A DNA stretch of 63,816 nt, filler included, from Octopus bimaculoides (lineage: Eukaryota), in NCBI RefSeq assembly GCF_001194135.2. It is 7 parts of 6 records of this genome, joined end to end, with 100 filler letters (N's around TTAATTAATTAA, not from the genome) between each part and the next. Parts side by side here need not be neighbours in the genome. Positions count along the whole stretch, not along the records: positions 20,876 to 28,005 come from NC_068989.1; positions 28,106 to 44,349 come from NC_068983.1; 5 more parts are not named here. One strand, written 5' to 3'. Under the pieces are notes generated by a model. It was not told the DNA's origin, ran no database searches, and was given only the letters and a program-made list of their open reading frames with translations. A program made the translations under genes and the position numbers. Shown piece after piece: positions 26,542 to 38,790 of this stretch (position 1 is the first letter of the stretch; the number at the start of each line of letters is the position of its first letter).

Positions 26542-27678
26542 GTGAGGTATGCATTCAAAAGCCGCCTACAAAAAGTCAACCATTTGTTATTCAGGGATGA
26601 CCTCAAACTTTATGGTAAAGATGAAACCCAAATCAGTTCCATCGTTGATACGGTGTATACCTTCAATGCTGATATCAGAATGGAGTTCGGACTGACAAAG
26701 TGTGGTGTGTTAGTCTTGAAGAGAGGCAAAATCAAATGTATGGACGGACTAACAATACCGTCGGGGGAGGTTATAAAACCGATAGAAGAGACGGGCTATA
26801 AGTACTTGGAGATTTTGGAAATGGATAAATTGATGGAGAAAGGAATGACAGAAAAATTTAAGGTGGAGTACTTGCGCAGCCTGAGATTGATCCTTAAGTC
26901 GAAATTAAACGAACGGAATAAGATCGAAGCTATCAACACCTGGGCGGTTTCACACCTTAGATATGGAGCAGGGTTAATCGCATGGACAGTAGACGAACTA
27001 AACAGCTTACACACATCAGAAAGTGATAAGTGCAGAATCTGAGGACAAAACGGTGAAACCGTATGGCATATTACCAGCCAATGCACACCACTAGCCCACA
27101 AGGAATATAAGAGACGCCACGACAATATAACCAGGCTTGCCCATTGGACACTTTGCAACAAGTATGGACTTGACAGAGCAAAAAATTGGTACAACCACAA
27201 ACCTGAAGGCATTGTCGAAAATAGAAATGCAAAGATCCTATGGGATTTTATGATTCCGTGTGACAATGAGATTGAGAATAGAAAGCCAGCCAGAGTCTTA
27301 ATTGAGAAAGAAAACAAACTATGCTGGATCATAGACATAGCATGCCCAGCTGACAATAAGGTATGCAATAAGGAATAAAGAAAAGTCGACAGATATGACA
27401 AGTTAGCTTGGGAAAGTTAAGCAGTTGCTATCGATGAAAAAGGTAGCAGTAGTACCAATAATTGTCAGAGCCCTGGGAACAGTGAGCAAAAATCTCGAGA
27501 AGTACGTGGAACAAATAGGGACTACAATAAGAGTAGAGCACTTGCAGAAAACAGCACAGCTTGGAACCGCTCGAATATTCCAGAAGGTGCTCGAAAAATA
27601 AGAGGTGTAACCTTAGTTCACTGGTAGTGAACACCTGACACTGTAGTACATTTCCGGCGTTAGAAGCTGTGCAAAGGC

Positions 27679-27680
<2 letters not shown>
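26542..27680 (+). mobile_element. R4/Dong LINE RT C-terminus + zinc knuckle + RLE, internally deleted
   Basis: NHLLFRDDLKLY (YxDD equivalent), MEFGLTKC, YKYLEILE, INTWAVS.LRYGAG; (CAA/TAA)n tail. Confidence 0.92.
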
Positions 27681-27729
<49 letters not shown>

Positions 27730-27807
27730 AGCAATAACAATAACAACGACAACTACAACACCACCACCACCAACAACAACAACCACAACAGCAGCAGCAG
27801 CAGCAGC

Positions 27808-27875
<68 letters not shown>
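27680..27875. repeat. (CAA)/(CAG)/(TAA) compound microsatellite
   Basis: direct. Confidence 0.95.
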
Positions 27876-27877
<2 letters not shown>

Positions 27878-28689
27878 TTGTTTTAGTGGCCACAAGGGCT
27901 AATATCAAATAAAAACATATAAGGACAAAGACAGGACGAAGCTTACAAAAGGTTTTGTCCGAAAAGGTAGGAAAGTTCGTCTAAACAGAGGAAGAAAACG
28001 GAGAANNNNNNNNNNNNNNNNNNNNNNNNNNNNNNNNNNNNNNNNNNNNTTAATTAATTAANNNNNNNNNNNNNNNNNNNNNNNNNNNNNNNNNNNNNNN
28101 NNNNNATATACATTCTGATATAAGTACTATTACATCAAATGCAGAAAAAAAAACTATAAAAGCAGCAACACAAGAAACATGTCTCTTGGATATTGGCGGA
28201 ATGTTACAACACTAGTGAGACAAGTATGGACATTGAAGGAAAACGTTGTGCATAATAAAAATAGAAAAATCTAACCCTTACTTTAACAACAATAGGAAGC
28301 ACAAATTCTGCTTGTCAAACAAATTACTAATCCTTAATAATCACTGAATTTTCTTCTTGACTAGTTCACACATGGAGCAAAAAGAAGCAACAGGCAAAGT
28401 TCAATTTTTGTGATTAAAAAATGAAGTTTCCATCCATTTATCTAGACTAATGCTTTAAAATTTAATAATATATATTTAAAATCACTTAAGAAAGGTTACG
28501 TAAAAAAGTGCACCTATATTTTTTGTTCGAGTAAAGCATCGATTCATTTAAAAAAATTATAACCTAGTAACATTTTTCACGCTTTCATTCACCCCCAAAG
28601 CAAAAGAGTCAATTAACTCAGTTTCCCCAATACTTTCCTGACCTTTTGCTACAAGAAGCATCGAAAATAAGAATATTATCATTCTCGGA

Positions 28690-30400
28690 AAAGAGAAGGC
28701 AAGACTTAAACCAAAGTGCGCAGCAAAGAATGTCATCGTTATTTTGATTCCAAGTATTATGAGCAGTATGAGAGGATGATGGGACGACCCATTCTGAACA
28801 AATTGTTGTTTCCCGTGTCTGTTATTTTGTCAGCCTAAGAACAGGTGGAGAACTACTGGCAACTGTGATTTGTATAATTTAATTACAGCTTTGACAAAAC
28901 ACAAAAATCTCAAAACCATCTGAATTCCGTAATTGTTCTGAAAACTTTTGGCTGACAACGAATTGATACAGCGATCGATCACTGGAAAGCAGCTTCGATT
29001 CAGTCCCATAATAGATCAGTCGAGAAAAATCACGATATACTGGAAAGGTTAAAACATTGTATTGAAATGTTGGTCTTTCAAGAATTCCCTTTTGGGGACA
29101 TGATGAAACAGAAGAATCAAACAATAAATGTAATATTCAGGTTATATGTGAAGCAGCAATGGAATACAATGATTGTTTAAGATTTCGTGAAGAAAAATGC
29201 CAACTGTATATTTTCTGAACGTTCAAGTGATATTCAAAAAGATCATTAATTGTATTGCTGCTACACTTGAAGGTGACAATTAAGGCTACGATCGTAAAAA
29301 AACAGCATCTGTTGCTGTTATGTTTGATGAGACTACAGACCTTCGAATGAAATCTCAATTGTCATACGTTCTGCGATTTGTTGATGAGAAGGAAAAGCCT
29401 CAAGTAAAGTTTTTACGATACATCGATGTCAGTAAAAACAGAAAAGCTGCATTTCTGATAGAAGTTCTAAAATTTGTTAATGAATTCAACTGTAGTCAAA
29501 AGTTCATTGCACAAACTTATTATGTAGCGAGAGTGATGACTGGACAGTTGCACAGAGTCCAAGAAAGAATAAAGGAGATTTTTGATGTAAAGGTTATATA
29601 TCAACGTTATTATACACAGTTACTTAATTTTTGTATTCTCTTAATCAGCTTCAAGCATTCGTGGATGTCGAATTTTTTCCAAGCTTAAAAAGAAATTTCA
29701 ACTTTTTTTCTCAAAGTCGACAGCTTGAATAACTCTATAGGATGAAATCGGTGGATGGTGATTTCCAAAGTTACCTGAGACATGTTGGAATTATTCACAT
29801 CGACAAGTATCCATTTTGTCCAACAAAATTGCTATTTTCTAGAGTATTTTCAACCATATTAGAAAATTCAGAGGATTGGAGAGCTTACAATTAACACAGG
29901 CAAAGGGATTCATTGCACTCTTAAAAGATTTTCAGTTTAGATTTTCTTTTGAATGGCTCAGGGATTGAGCTAATATTTAGAACACCATTATTTTAAATTT
30001 TTGAGTTCAGATTTGTTGAATTGTCAAATCCGAAGCTTTTTCACGCTTACAGAAAAGATTTTCGATGAAAGAGTTTTCATTTTTGTATGTCTATAAAAAC
30101 ATTTTGGGTTTAGATGAATTGAAATGCGAAATTAAAAAGTTTATGCTGCAGATTTTGCAAAGCAAGTATCAAGCTTCCAAGAAGACGCAGGTTTAAGAAG
30201 AGCTCGAACTAAATCAATCCTAGATAGAAGTAATAAAGTTACTCTGTCTGATTCTAGTCATATCTGCCATATCTGCTTCCTGTAAGAAATCACTTTCTTC
30301 TTTAAACTGAATAAATAATTATATGAGGTGATTTCAAAGTGAAGAGAAATTGAGTTATTTGGTTTTCATTTCCGAGAATAAAGACATTTTGAGGAAGATG
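28690..30400 (+). mobile_element. hAT transposase fossil (ZMYM1/Tip100-like), many stops and frameshifts
   Basis: CFPCL zinc-finger-like motif; DETTD..SQLSYVLRFVD; AQTY..ARVMTG; hATC-like LILVISAISASCKKSLSSL..INNYMR..EEKLSYL. Confidence 0.85.
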
Positions 30401-30545
30401 AAGGCAGAACGTCGGTAGAAGGTCAAATGAAGTGTTTTGCTCGAGAACACAACGCGTCGTTCGGTCTGGAATACGAACCCATGATGATCTAGTGATCCGG
30501 AATGAGATATCCTAAAAACTTAGCTACGCGCCTTCACACACTCAC
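30400..30545 (-). mobile_element. tRNA-derived SINE head (family C/D)
   Basis: rc GAAGGCGCGTAGCT..GGGTTCGTATTCC..GTGTTCTCGAGCAAAACAC. Confidence 0.65.
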
Positions 30546-30683
30546 TCACTCACTCNNNNNNNNNNNNNNNNNNNNNNNNNNNNNNNNNNNNNNNNNNNNN
30601 NNNNNNNNNNNNNNNNNNNNNNNNNNNNNNNNNNNNNNNNNNNNNNNNNNNNNNNNNNNNNNNNNNNNNNNNNNNNNNNNNNN

Positions 30684-30725
<42 letters not shown>

Positions 30726-31013
30726 ATACTCCTGTTTCTGTTGGCAGTTAACATTACCTACCACTTATGATCTGTATAGAACGAGAACTGTGTATATTTG
30801 AACTAGATATATCTAGTACTAAATGCTGAATGTATTTGTGAGTCACATGCCCAAGAGAACACTGACCATTAAACATTGTCATTTTACATTACACTCGCGA
30901 AAATATGAACGAAACCAGTCGGCAGCAGATAAGTGTCGAAATAACAATCGAAGATAAAAAGAAAGCAATAATCTTCATTTCTTGATGAAGTATTTCTCTT
31001 TATTTTTCAACAG

Positions 31014-31115
31014 ATCCCAAAACTGTTGAATGTTACACATCATATACACTTGTTAGACTGGCAGCTAATGAAGTATGGCGCCTGAAAATGTCTATGCATC
31101 AGTAATGCAGCCACT
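31014..31115 (+). other. candidate exon of an unidentified transcript
   Basis: acceptor TTTCTCTTTATTTTTCAACAG; donors GTAATG (31102) or GTAAGT (31116); one frame PKTVECYTSYTLVRLAANEVWRLKMSMH. Confidence 0.25.
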
Positions 31116-31122
31116 GTAAGTA

Positions 31123-31181
<59 letters not shown>

Positions 31182-31182
31182 G

Positions 31183-31213
<31 letters not shown>

Positions 31214-31552
31214 AATAATAATAATAAAACATGCAATTGTGCAAGGATTGTAAATAATGATTCTAAAAGGTCAGTATATGTTCTCTATAGATAGAAAATT
31301 CAAATTAACCTGATTCATGTCTAAAGATTACAACAGATCTGCCATGGTTAAACGGATTAATGGAAAATCCGGCCTGATGATAGGTGACGTTTTTATACAT
31401 TGAAAAAATAACATTATTCAATTGTAGCTCAGATACAATAGTAATAACAATTAGTTCTAGTGTAATATGACTTAATGTTGTTCTACATTTACCACCGCTC
31501 TCCTCCACTCCACATATACGCGCGCGCGCGTACACACATGCGCACACATACG

Positions 31553-31589
<37 letters not shown>

Positions 31590-31845
31590 GTGCGGACACG
31601 CACATTTACGTTGACCTTCCCATACTTTCGAGCTGTGACCTATATTGTTTGTTGATATTTTGCTTCGGCTTGTTTCTAAATCATACTAAAATGTCGGACA
31701 AGAAACATGAGGTGTTGTACGAGTTTCCCTGAACCTGAAATTCTGCACGAGCAATACTGACTTTATATCTGTTTCACATCTGTATATTTGTCTGTCAGTA
31801 CATCTGACAGTAAATTTGTCAATGTGTGTGTGGGGGGGGGGGAGG

Positions 31846-33000
31846 TATCAGGCTGAGTAAAAAGTAAGCAACGTTTTGAAATATGAAATTCATCACAATA
31901 TATTTCAACAATGCGGAAATTCTATTCATCAAAATAAGTACCATTACAATCAAGACATTTTTGTCGAACGGTTACAAGTTTGTTTATTCCGGTAACAAAA
32001 ATCTGGAGTTCTGGAGCTGATGGACACTTTGAACGCACTTTCAACATCGATTTGATTTTTGAACTCTTTCTCTTGCAGAAAACGATCAAATTGCTTGGAA
32101 AAATCATAGTCAGTAGGAGAAAGGTCTAGGGAATAAGATGGGCGAGGAAGAACTTCGTAGCCAAGTTCCCTAAACTTCTGGAGTGTCATTAGAGAAACGT
32201 GTCGTCAAACATTGTCATGAAGAATGATTGGCCCTTTTCTGCTGACCAGTCTGGGACGGAGTAGATTTTCGTTCATTTTGGCAATTTCATGACAATATGT
32301 TTCTGCAGAAATGGTTTCTCCATGTTTTAAGAAGTTATAGTGGATGAGTCAAGCAGTACACCACCAAACAGTCACCATACCCTTCTTTTTGAAGAGCTCG
32401 GGTTTAAGGAAAGTTTTCAGTGTTTCATTTTAGTCCAACCACTACAAAGAACGTTTTTTATTATTGTACGAAATCCACTTTTCATCGCAAGTTACAATAC
32501 TGTCGAGAAATGGATCGGTCTGGTTACAGAGAAGAAGCGATGAGCAAATTTCATATCCGCGCATTTTCTGATTTTGCTTCGAACCGTGTGGTAACCATTT
32601 GTCGAGCTTTTTGGATTTTCTGATTGCTTGCAAATGGTTGCCGGCAGTTTTCTGGCTAACTTGAAGTTCTTTTGCCAGTTCTCGAGTGGTTTTACGTGGA
32701 TCTTTCTCAATGAAGGTCTTTAACTGACCGTCATCGATAACAGATGGGTGTCCACCACGCTCAGGATCTTCAAGGTTCTGGTCTCCACTGCGAAATCCTT
32801 TAAACCATTTTTGAGCTGACCACTCACTGATTATTTGCTCACCGAACGTTTCGTTGATATTGCGAGCAGTTTCAGCTGCTTTGAGTCTTTTTTTAAAGTT
32901 GGATAGCAAAATTGCTCGAATATCGCGCTTTGACAGTTTCATTTCAGATGATTGTAAAAAACGATTTCTATATTACCCACAAAGGGTTAAACATAGAGGG
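31846..33000 (-). mobile_element. mariner (DD34D, Hsmar1/SETMAR-like) transposon, defective
   Basis: ORF 32442..32942 with two HTH-like regions and VTCDEKW; HDN and YSLDLSPTDY downstream; one TIR at 31846. Confidence 0.93.
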
Positions 33001-33367
33001 ACAGTACAAAAATGGACAAAAACACAAAAGTGGGAAAAAAATAAAACGAATGAGAGGGATGGCATAAAAAATGAATGGATGAAATGAAGATCACTCGGAC
33101 CCCACTATCGGAGTGACCTCATTGAAACTTCTTTAAAAAACAATTAATCATTTAACCATCGCTAAATATGTCCATGTTGAAACCTTTTGAAAGTTCATAA
33201 TAGCTTACCGTTGACTGCATTTCCCTGGTATCTATTTCCATTTGTGTGATACTGATATTTGTCCCGAAAACCTCTCTTAATCTTTGCACGTTCTTTCTGT
33301 GCATTAATAAACATTTAAGAGGCATCTCTTTTATTCTGTCTCTTTTCCAGCAACGCAACAGAAGTAG

Positions 33368-33447
<80 letters not shown>

Positions 33448-33529
33448 AGTAAATTGCCGCCATTTTATACTTTTTATACTTTTAATTTCGCGCATGGGCT
33501 TTCTTTGTTTTTGATTTTGTCAACTACAC

Positions 33530-34300
33530 AGTATAGTTGGGCATCGCCTGTGGCAAAAACAGCACCATGACACAATTCAGTCTGCCAGAAATTTGGAAAC
33601 AACATGCTGTACTGCGTGGCATTCGAACAGGAAGCTCCAATACGAACCTATCAGTGTGTTTGGGTATTAATCTGAAAACAGTACAATCTGAGGACATCTA
33701 CCGATAGTGATAAAAATTAAACATCCAGTCAACATTATAGTGTTTGGAGTGATCAATAGTGATGGCGACGTTATGCATCCATTCATCTTTCCACACAGCC
33801 TCAGACTCAACATGGAGGCCTACATGCAGTGCCTAGAGGAGGTAGTGCTCCCTTGGGTCAAGAGGGTGGCTGCTGGAAGACCCTATGTCTGGCAACAGGA
33901 CTCTGCACCATCCCACACAAGCAGGAGAACCCAGTCATGGCTGTCACAAAATTTCTGCGACTATATCATCCCTAACATCTGGCCACCTAACTCCCCAGAT
34001 TATTATGTGTAGGGCACAGTTGAGCGAGAGACCTACAAAACTCCTTGTAACACCAAAGATGAACTGAAGGCAACAATTATGGCAACATTCACCAACTTAA
34101 ACAAGGAGACCATCCAGAAGAGTTGTTGGTGATTCCAAAGTTGTCTGGAGGCCGTGGTTGAAGCCAATAGCTATTTTACTGAATAAATTTACTCTTTAGT
34201 ATTTCATGATATTTGTATGTAATTTTAGTAAATATATCTTAAAATGAGATGTCAGTGTTATTTTCATTTTTGTGTAATTTTGACGACAGTTTATACCGTG
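33530..34300 (+). mobile_element. maT-like (DD37D) element with internal deletion
   Basis: N-terminal MTQFSLPEIWK..; QQDSAPSH..WPPNSPD(YY); restoring LNPL from the 12762 copy gives 37-aa D-D spacing. Confidence 0.85.
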
Positions 34301-34739
34301 CGTGTATCTATGATTATAGGGAAATAATACGTGTGCAAATATAAACTCTGTGTTCTAAATTAGTTATAAATATATGATTATATATGATATAAATAATTTT
34401 CCAAAGAAAAATAATATATATGTATGTATGTATGTATATAAACACGATTCATCCATATTTTCGTGATCAGTCAGCAAAATTTATAACTTTTTTATAATTT
34501 TTGAAAAGGAATGAATAAATACTTGAATATTTTTGTCGGAGAAAAGTACGGCTACTGTTTATTCAACTAAGCATCGTCCTGAAGCTTGACTAACACGTTG
34601 AATGATTAATGTTGCTAAGAGAGTAAATGAATTAGTTGCAAAACATACATCTATATCATGAGATTCGCATCACGATTTCTATACGTGATGACATTCAACA
34701 TAACAGCCTCAAGAAGAAAATTGTATACGTAGTATATTG

Positions 34740-34827
<88 letters not shown>

Positions 34828-34849
34828 TTACTCTTCCTTTATAGGTAGT

Positions 34850-35560
34850 ATCAACAAAAGTACTCCATTCAGTGAGAGATAAATGTCAATAAATATACAT
34901 GGTATTAAAATATGAACTACTAATAGTTTCATGCTGTGAAAACAGAATAAATCAGCATAATTATATATTGTGCCTTGTGTCTCCAAGCAATCCTTCAGGC
35001 TCAAATGCAGACGATTGGTCTTATCTTTAAAATAAAACGCTGATGTATGAGAAAACGTTAGAAAAAACGAGTAAGTGGATGCTAAAGGTGGAACGACAAA
35101 GCAAAAGTTGAATAATAACGGAAAAAGAAAAGAGAACCAAGAGTGGTGTCCTCCAGTTTGGCAAAAGAAATTTGTTCATGTGCTTGTATTTGTTAAAATT
35201 TTCTGATCTCGAATTAAGTAGTGTGGTGTTAAGCCTGGATCTACGAAGAATGTGCGATCTTTCGGCTATACACAGCCTGCATCTCTTTGGCCTAACTTTG
35301 TAGTTTTACTTTTATCAAGGTATCAGAAAAAAGACTTGTGCTTTGAATGTCTTTTTTTTAAATTGCCTTTGCATAAACCAATGTCATTTTTCTTTTTTAC
35401 GTAATTTTGAAGTAGAGCACTGCTGTGACTTCAGCTGCATAAACGTCTGGATTTGTCAAACACGCCTTAGGGAATGGGTAATCTTCAGAGTATCGACAGT
35501 GACAACTAGGAGTGGGCTCCTGGTGTGGATTGCGAGTGATAATGTCCTTCATACTGGGGT
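34850..35560 (-). mobile_element. Penelope-like element 3' end: GIY-YIG endonuclease remnant plus terminal repeat
   Basis: CHCR..PKACLT.PDVYAAEV; (Y)IGLCKGN; KRCRLCIAERSHIL..LLNSRSENFNKYKHMNKFLL. Confidence 0.72.
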
Positions 35561-36180
35561 CAGCAGCTGTGTATACTGAATGATATATTTGCCTGTGTGT
35601 GTATGTGTGCATGTGCGTTTGTGTGTGCGTCTGTCTATTATGTATGCTTATATATGTGTATCTATGTTTATATGAACAAATAGTTGTGTGTATGTATGCG
35701 TATACATATGTGTGTATGTAAGTATGTATATTAACAAATTCAGGTAAATCAAATACCGTACAACAGAAGTTCTTGCTTTATTAGAATTATCTCCGCCTCT
35801 AGAGGATGTGTCATAATTACCAAATCCCAATTGTAACCAGCTCCAAAGCTGACATGTCATTAAAGAAAAGGAAAGGTTTGTGGTCTAGGGTAAAAATGAA
35901 CAGTAAAAAACAACAGTTGTGAACACGTCTCTTGATCAATAATAGTCATCAGCACCACGATCGTCTCACTTTATCTCTAATAGCCAAGGGACTTCTACAA
36001 TGGAACACATTTATGATGTAGGTAATTTGCGTTATGTCAGCAAAAACAGGCTAAGAGAAATAATTGCGTGGCCAGTGGCATGTATTTGCACAACATAGAC
36101 ATACATACGTACGTATGAGTATGTGTGTATATATAAATATATATATATATATAGATATAGATATATATATAGATAGATAT

Positions 36181-36231
<51 letters not shown>

Positions 36232-36439
36232 CATTTCTTTTATTAGCCACACAGGGCTCAAAACAGATGGGACAAATACAATGTAGAGCTTTTCTTTTTG
36301 GGAGGGGGAAGGAAAGAGAAAAAAAAGGTGGGGGTTGATCAAAAGGGATCGTAGGAAAGAAAAAGGGAGGAGTTCGATCAAAAGGGATCGGAAAAAAGAT
36401 AGTTAGATAGATAGATGTGTATATTTATATATAATATAT

Positions 36440-36606
36440 ATAATATAGTCACAGTGTGGTTGTGTGCTAAGATACATGCTTCCCAACCACATGGTTCCGG
36501 GTTCAGTTCCACTTCGTGGCACATTGAGCAAGTGTCTTCTACTATATCCTTGGGCGGACCAAGCCTTGTGAGTGGATTTGGTAGACGGAAACTGAAAGAA
36601 GCCAGT

Positions 36607-36610
<4 letters not shown>
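36440..36610 (+). mobile_element. SINE family A 5' half (3' half at ~37045-37262)
   Basis: homology to 61860-62020 rc. Confidence 0.85.
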
Positions 36611-36643
<33 letters not shown>

Positions 36644-36806
36644 NNNNNNNNNNTAAATGGGTTAATAGAAACCAAAGTAGCAAAGATCACAAAATAACTG
36701 GTGTAATTCCTGTTGGTTAGGCAGAAACTCCTTGATATTTTGGGTATTTGAGTATATTTAAAAATTTAAGGAATGGAGAAAACGCATGTTATAACTGCAT
36801 ACTTTA

Positions 36807-36890
36807 TTCCGACATATGTTTCGAAGAATTACAATTTATGCGATCCATAGGAATCGTCGATGTTAAAAATGTAAACTTCTCCTCAGGGAA
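36807..36890 (-). ncRNA. type-I hammerhead ribozyme with canonical core and extended helix II
   Basis: UUCC-CUGAGGA-GAAG..(long stem)..CUUC-GAA-ACAUAUGU-C-GGAA; GUC cleavage triplet. Confidence 0.78.
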
Positions 36891-37638
36891 ATGCATGAGG
36901 ATCATCTTAAACGTAAGACATTATGACCGAGTATGAGAACTATAGTTGGATATGGTTATAACGTAATTCATTTGAAAAAACCGTTAGAGATGTGGACGCT
37001 ACCAGATAGTACTTAGGACAAGAAAGGAAGGAAGAGAAAAAATATATTTGTGTATGTCTGTGATTGTCCCCCATCACCACTTGACCACCAGTGTTGGTGT
37101 GTTTACGTTCCCGTAATTTAGCGGTTCGGCAAAAGAGATCGATAGCATTAGTACTAGGCTTACAAAGAAAAATTCATGGGGTCGATTTGTTTCATTAAAG
37201 ATGGTGATCCTACATGGGCGCAGTGTAAATGACTGAAACAAGTAAAAGAATAAAAGAATATATGTGATATATAATATATATATATGCATGTATAAAATGT
37301 ATATAAAATGTATATACTATATTTTATATATATCATATATATATATATATATATATATANNNNNNNNNNNNNNNNNNNNNNNNNNNNNNNNNNNNNNNNN
37401 NNNNNNNNNNNNNNNNNNNNNNNNNNNNNNNNNNNNNNNNNNNNNNNNNNNNNNNNNNNNNNNNNNNNNNNNNNNNNNNNNNNNNNNNNNNNNNNNNNNN
37501 NNNNNNNNNNNNNNNNNNNNNNNNNNNNNNNNNNNNNNNNNNNNNNNNNNNNNNNNNNNNNNNNNNNNNNNNNNNNNNNNNNNNNNNNNNNNNNNNNNNN
37601 NNNNNNNNNNNNNNNNNNNNNNNNNNNNNNNNTTCAAA

Positions 37639-37689
<51 letters not shown>

Positions 37690-37691
37690 TA

Positions 37692-37754
<63 letters not shown>

Positions 37755-38261
37755 GCTATTGTTGTTGTTATTGTTTTTGTTATTTTTATTATTAATATCT
37801 CTATCATGGTGTGGAAGCTAGAAACATGTAACTGTTAAATCACAACAAATACTGAATGCTATCGGTGAAAAGAGAGAAAATGAAATGATGTTAACGCTTT
37901 TAATCAATTGTGTAGTTCTCAGGCTAAGATATGGAAAATGATCAAGTTCAGAAAAATGTGGGAAAAATGCAAACATTAAGGAAATTGAATATCTTTTACT
38001 TGTTTCCATCACTAGACTGCTGCCTTGCTGGGACACCGCCTTGAGGAATTTAAAGTCGAATGAATCGACCACAGTACATTTTTCAAGTCTAGGGCTTATT
38101 TTATCATCACTTTTACCGAACTGTTAAGTTACGGCGACGTAAACACATAAACACCGGTGGTCAAGTGGTGATGGGGGGACAAACATAGACACAAAGACAC
38201 ACACATACACACACTCATGTGAATATTTGTGTGTGTGTGTGTGTGTGTGTATGTGTGTGTG

Positions 38262-38632
38262 GAGGCGCAATGGCTCAGAGGTTAGAGCAGCAGCTTCGCG
38301 GTCGTAGGGTCGCGGTTTCGATTCCCAGACCGACGTTGTGAGTGTTTATTGAGCGAAAACACCTAAAGCTCCACGAGGTTCCGGCAAGGGGTGGGGGTCA
38401 AACCCTGCTGTAACCTTTTACCACAACTTTCTCTCACTCTTTCTTCCTGTTTCTGTTGTACCTGTATTTCGAAAGGCCACCCTTGTCATACCTTGTGTCT
38501 CCGAGAACTACGTTAAGGGTACACGTATCTGTAGAGTGCTCAGCCACTTGCACGTTAATTTCACGAGCAGGCTGTTCCGTTGATCAGATCAACTGGAACC
38601 ATCGTCGTCGTAACCGACGGAGTGCCACGATG
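38262..38632 (+). mobile_element. tRNA-derived SINE family D, near full length, CpG-intact
   Basis: A-box TGGCTCAGAGG, B-box GGTTTCGATTCC, tail GTCGTAACCGACGGAGTGCC. Confidence 0.85.
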
Positions 38633-38652
38633 TATGTATACATATATGTATG

Positions 38653-38689
<37 letters not shown>

Positions 38690-38790
38690 GAGACTCTTTC
38701 ATTTTTTCCGGGCGTCAAACTAATACACTTGTTTGTTGTTCATACACTTGTCTTTGTTTTTTGTTTTTTTATAAATTTCAACTATATATA
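38690..38790 (+). mobile_element. 3' part of the Penelope-type terminus family of 14960/47345
   Basis: GCGTCAAACTAATACACTTG..GTTGTTCATACAC. Confidence 0.65.

Noticed and set aside
27030-27070. CTGAGGA..GAAAC in a LINE
   Set aside because: Mutated zinc-knuckle codons; no helices.
35916-35959. Minus-strand CUGAUGA..GAGACGUGUU motif
   Set aside because: GAAA mutated and helix II absent; a possible relic but unsupported.
36750-37010. Gypsy integrase zinc-finger-like reading (LLREMHEDH..YSWIW..EKTVRD)
   Set aside because: Needs several frameshifts; the minus-strand hammerhead explains the central part better.
38262-38350. tRNA-like heads here and at 61366 and ~61950-62020 as real tRNA genes
   Set aside because: No intact acceptor stems and they continue into SINE bodies.
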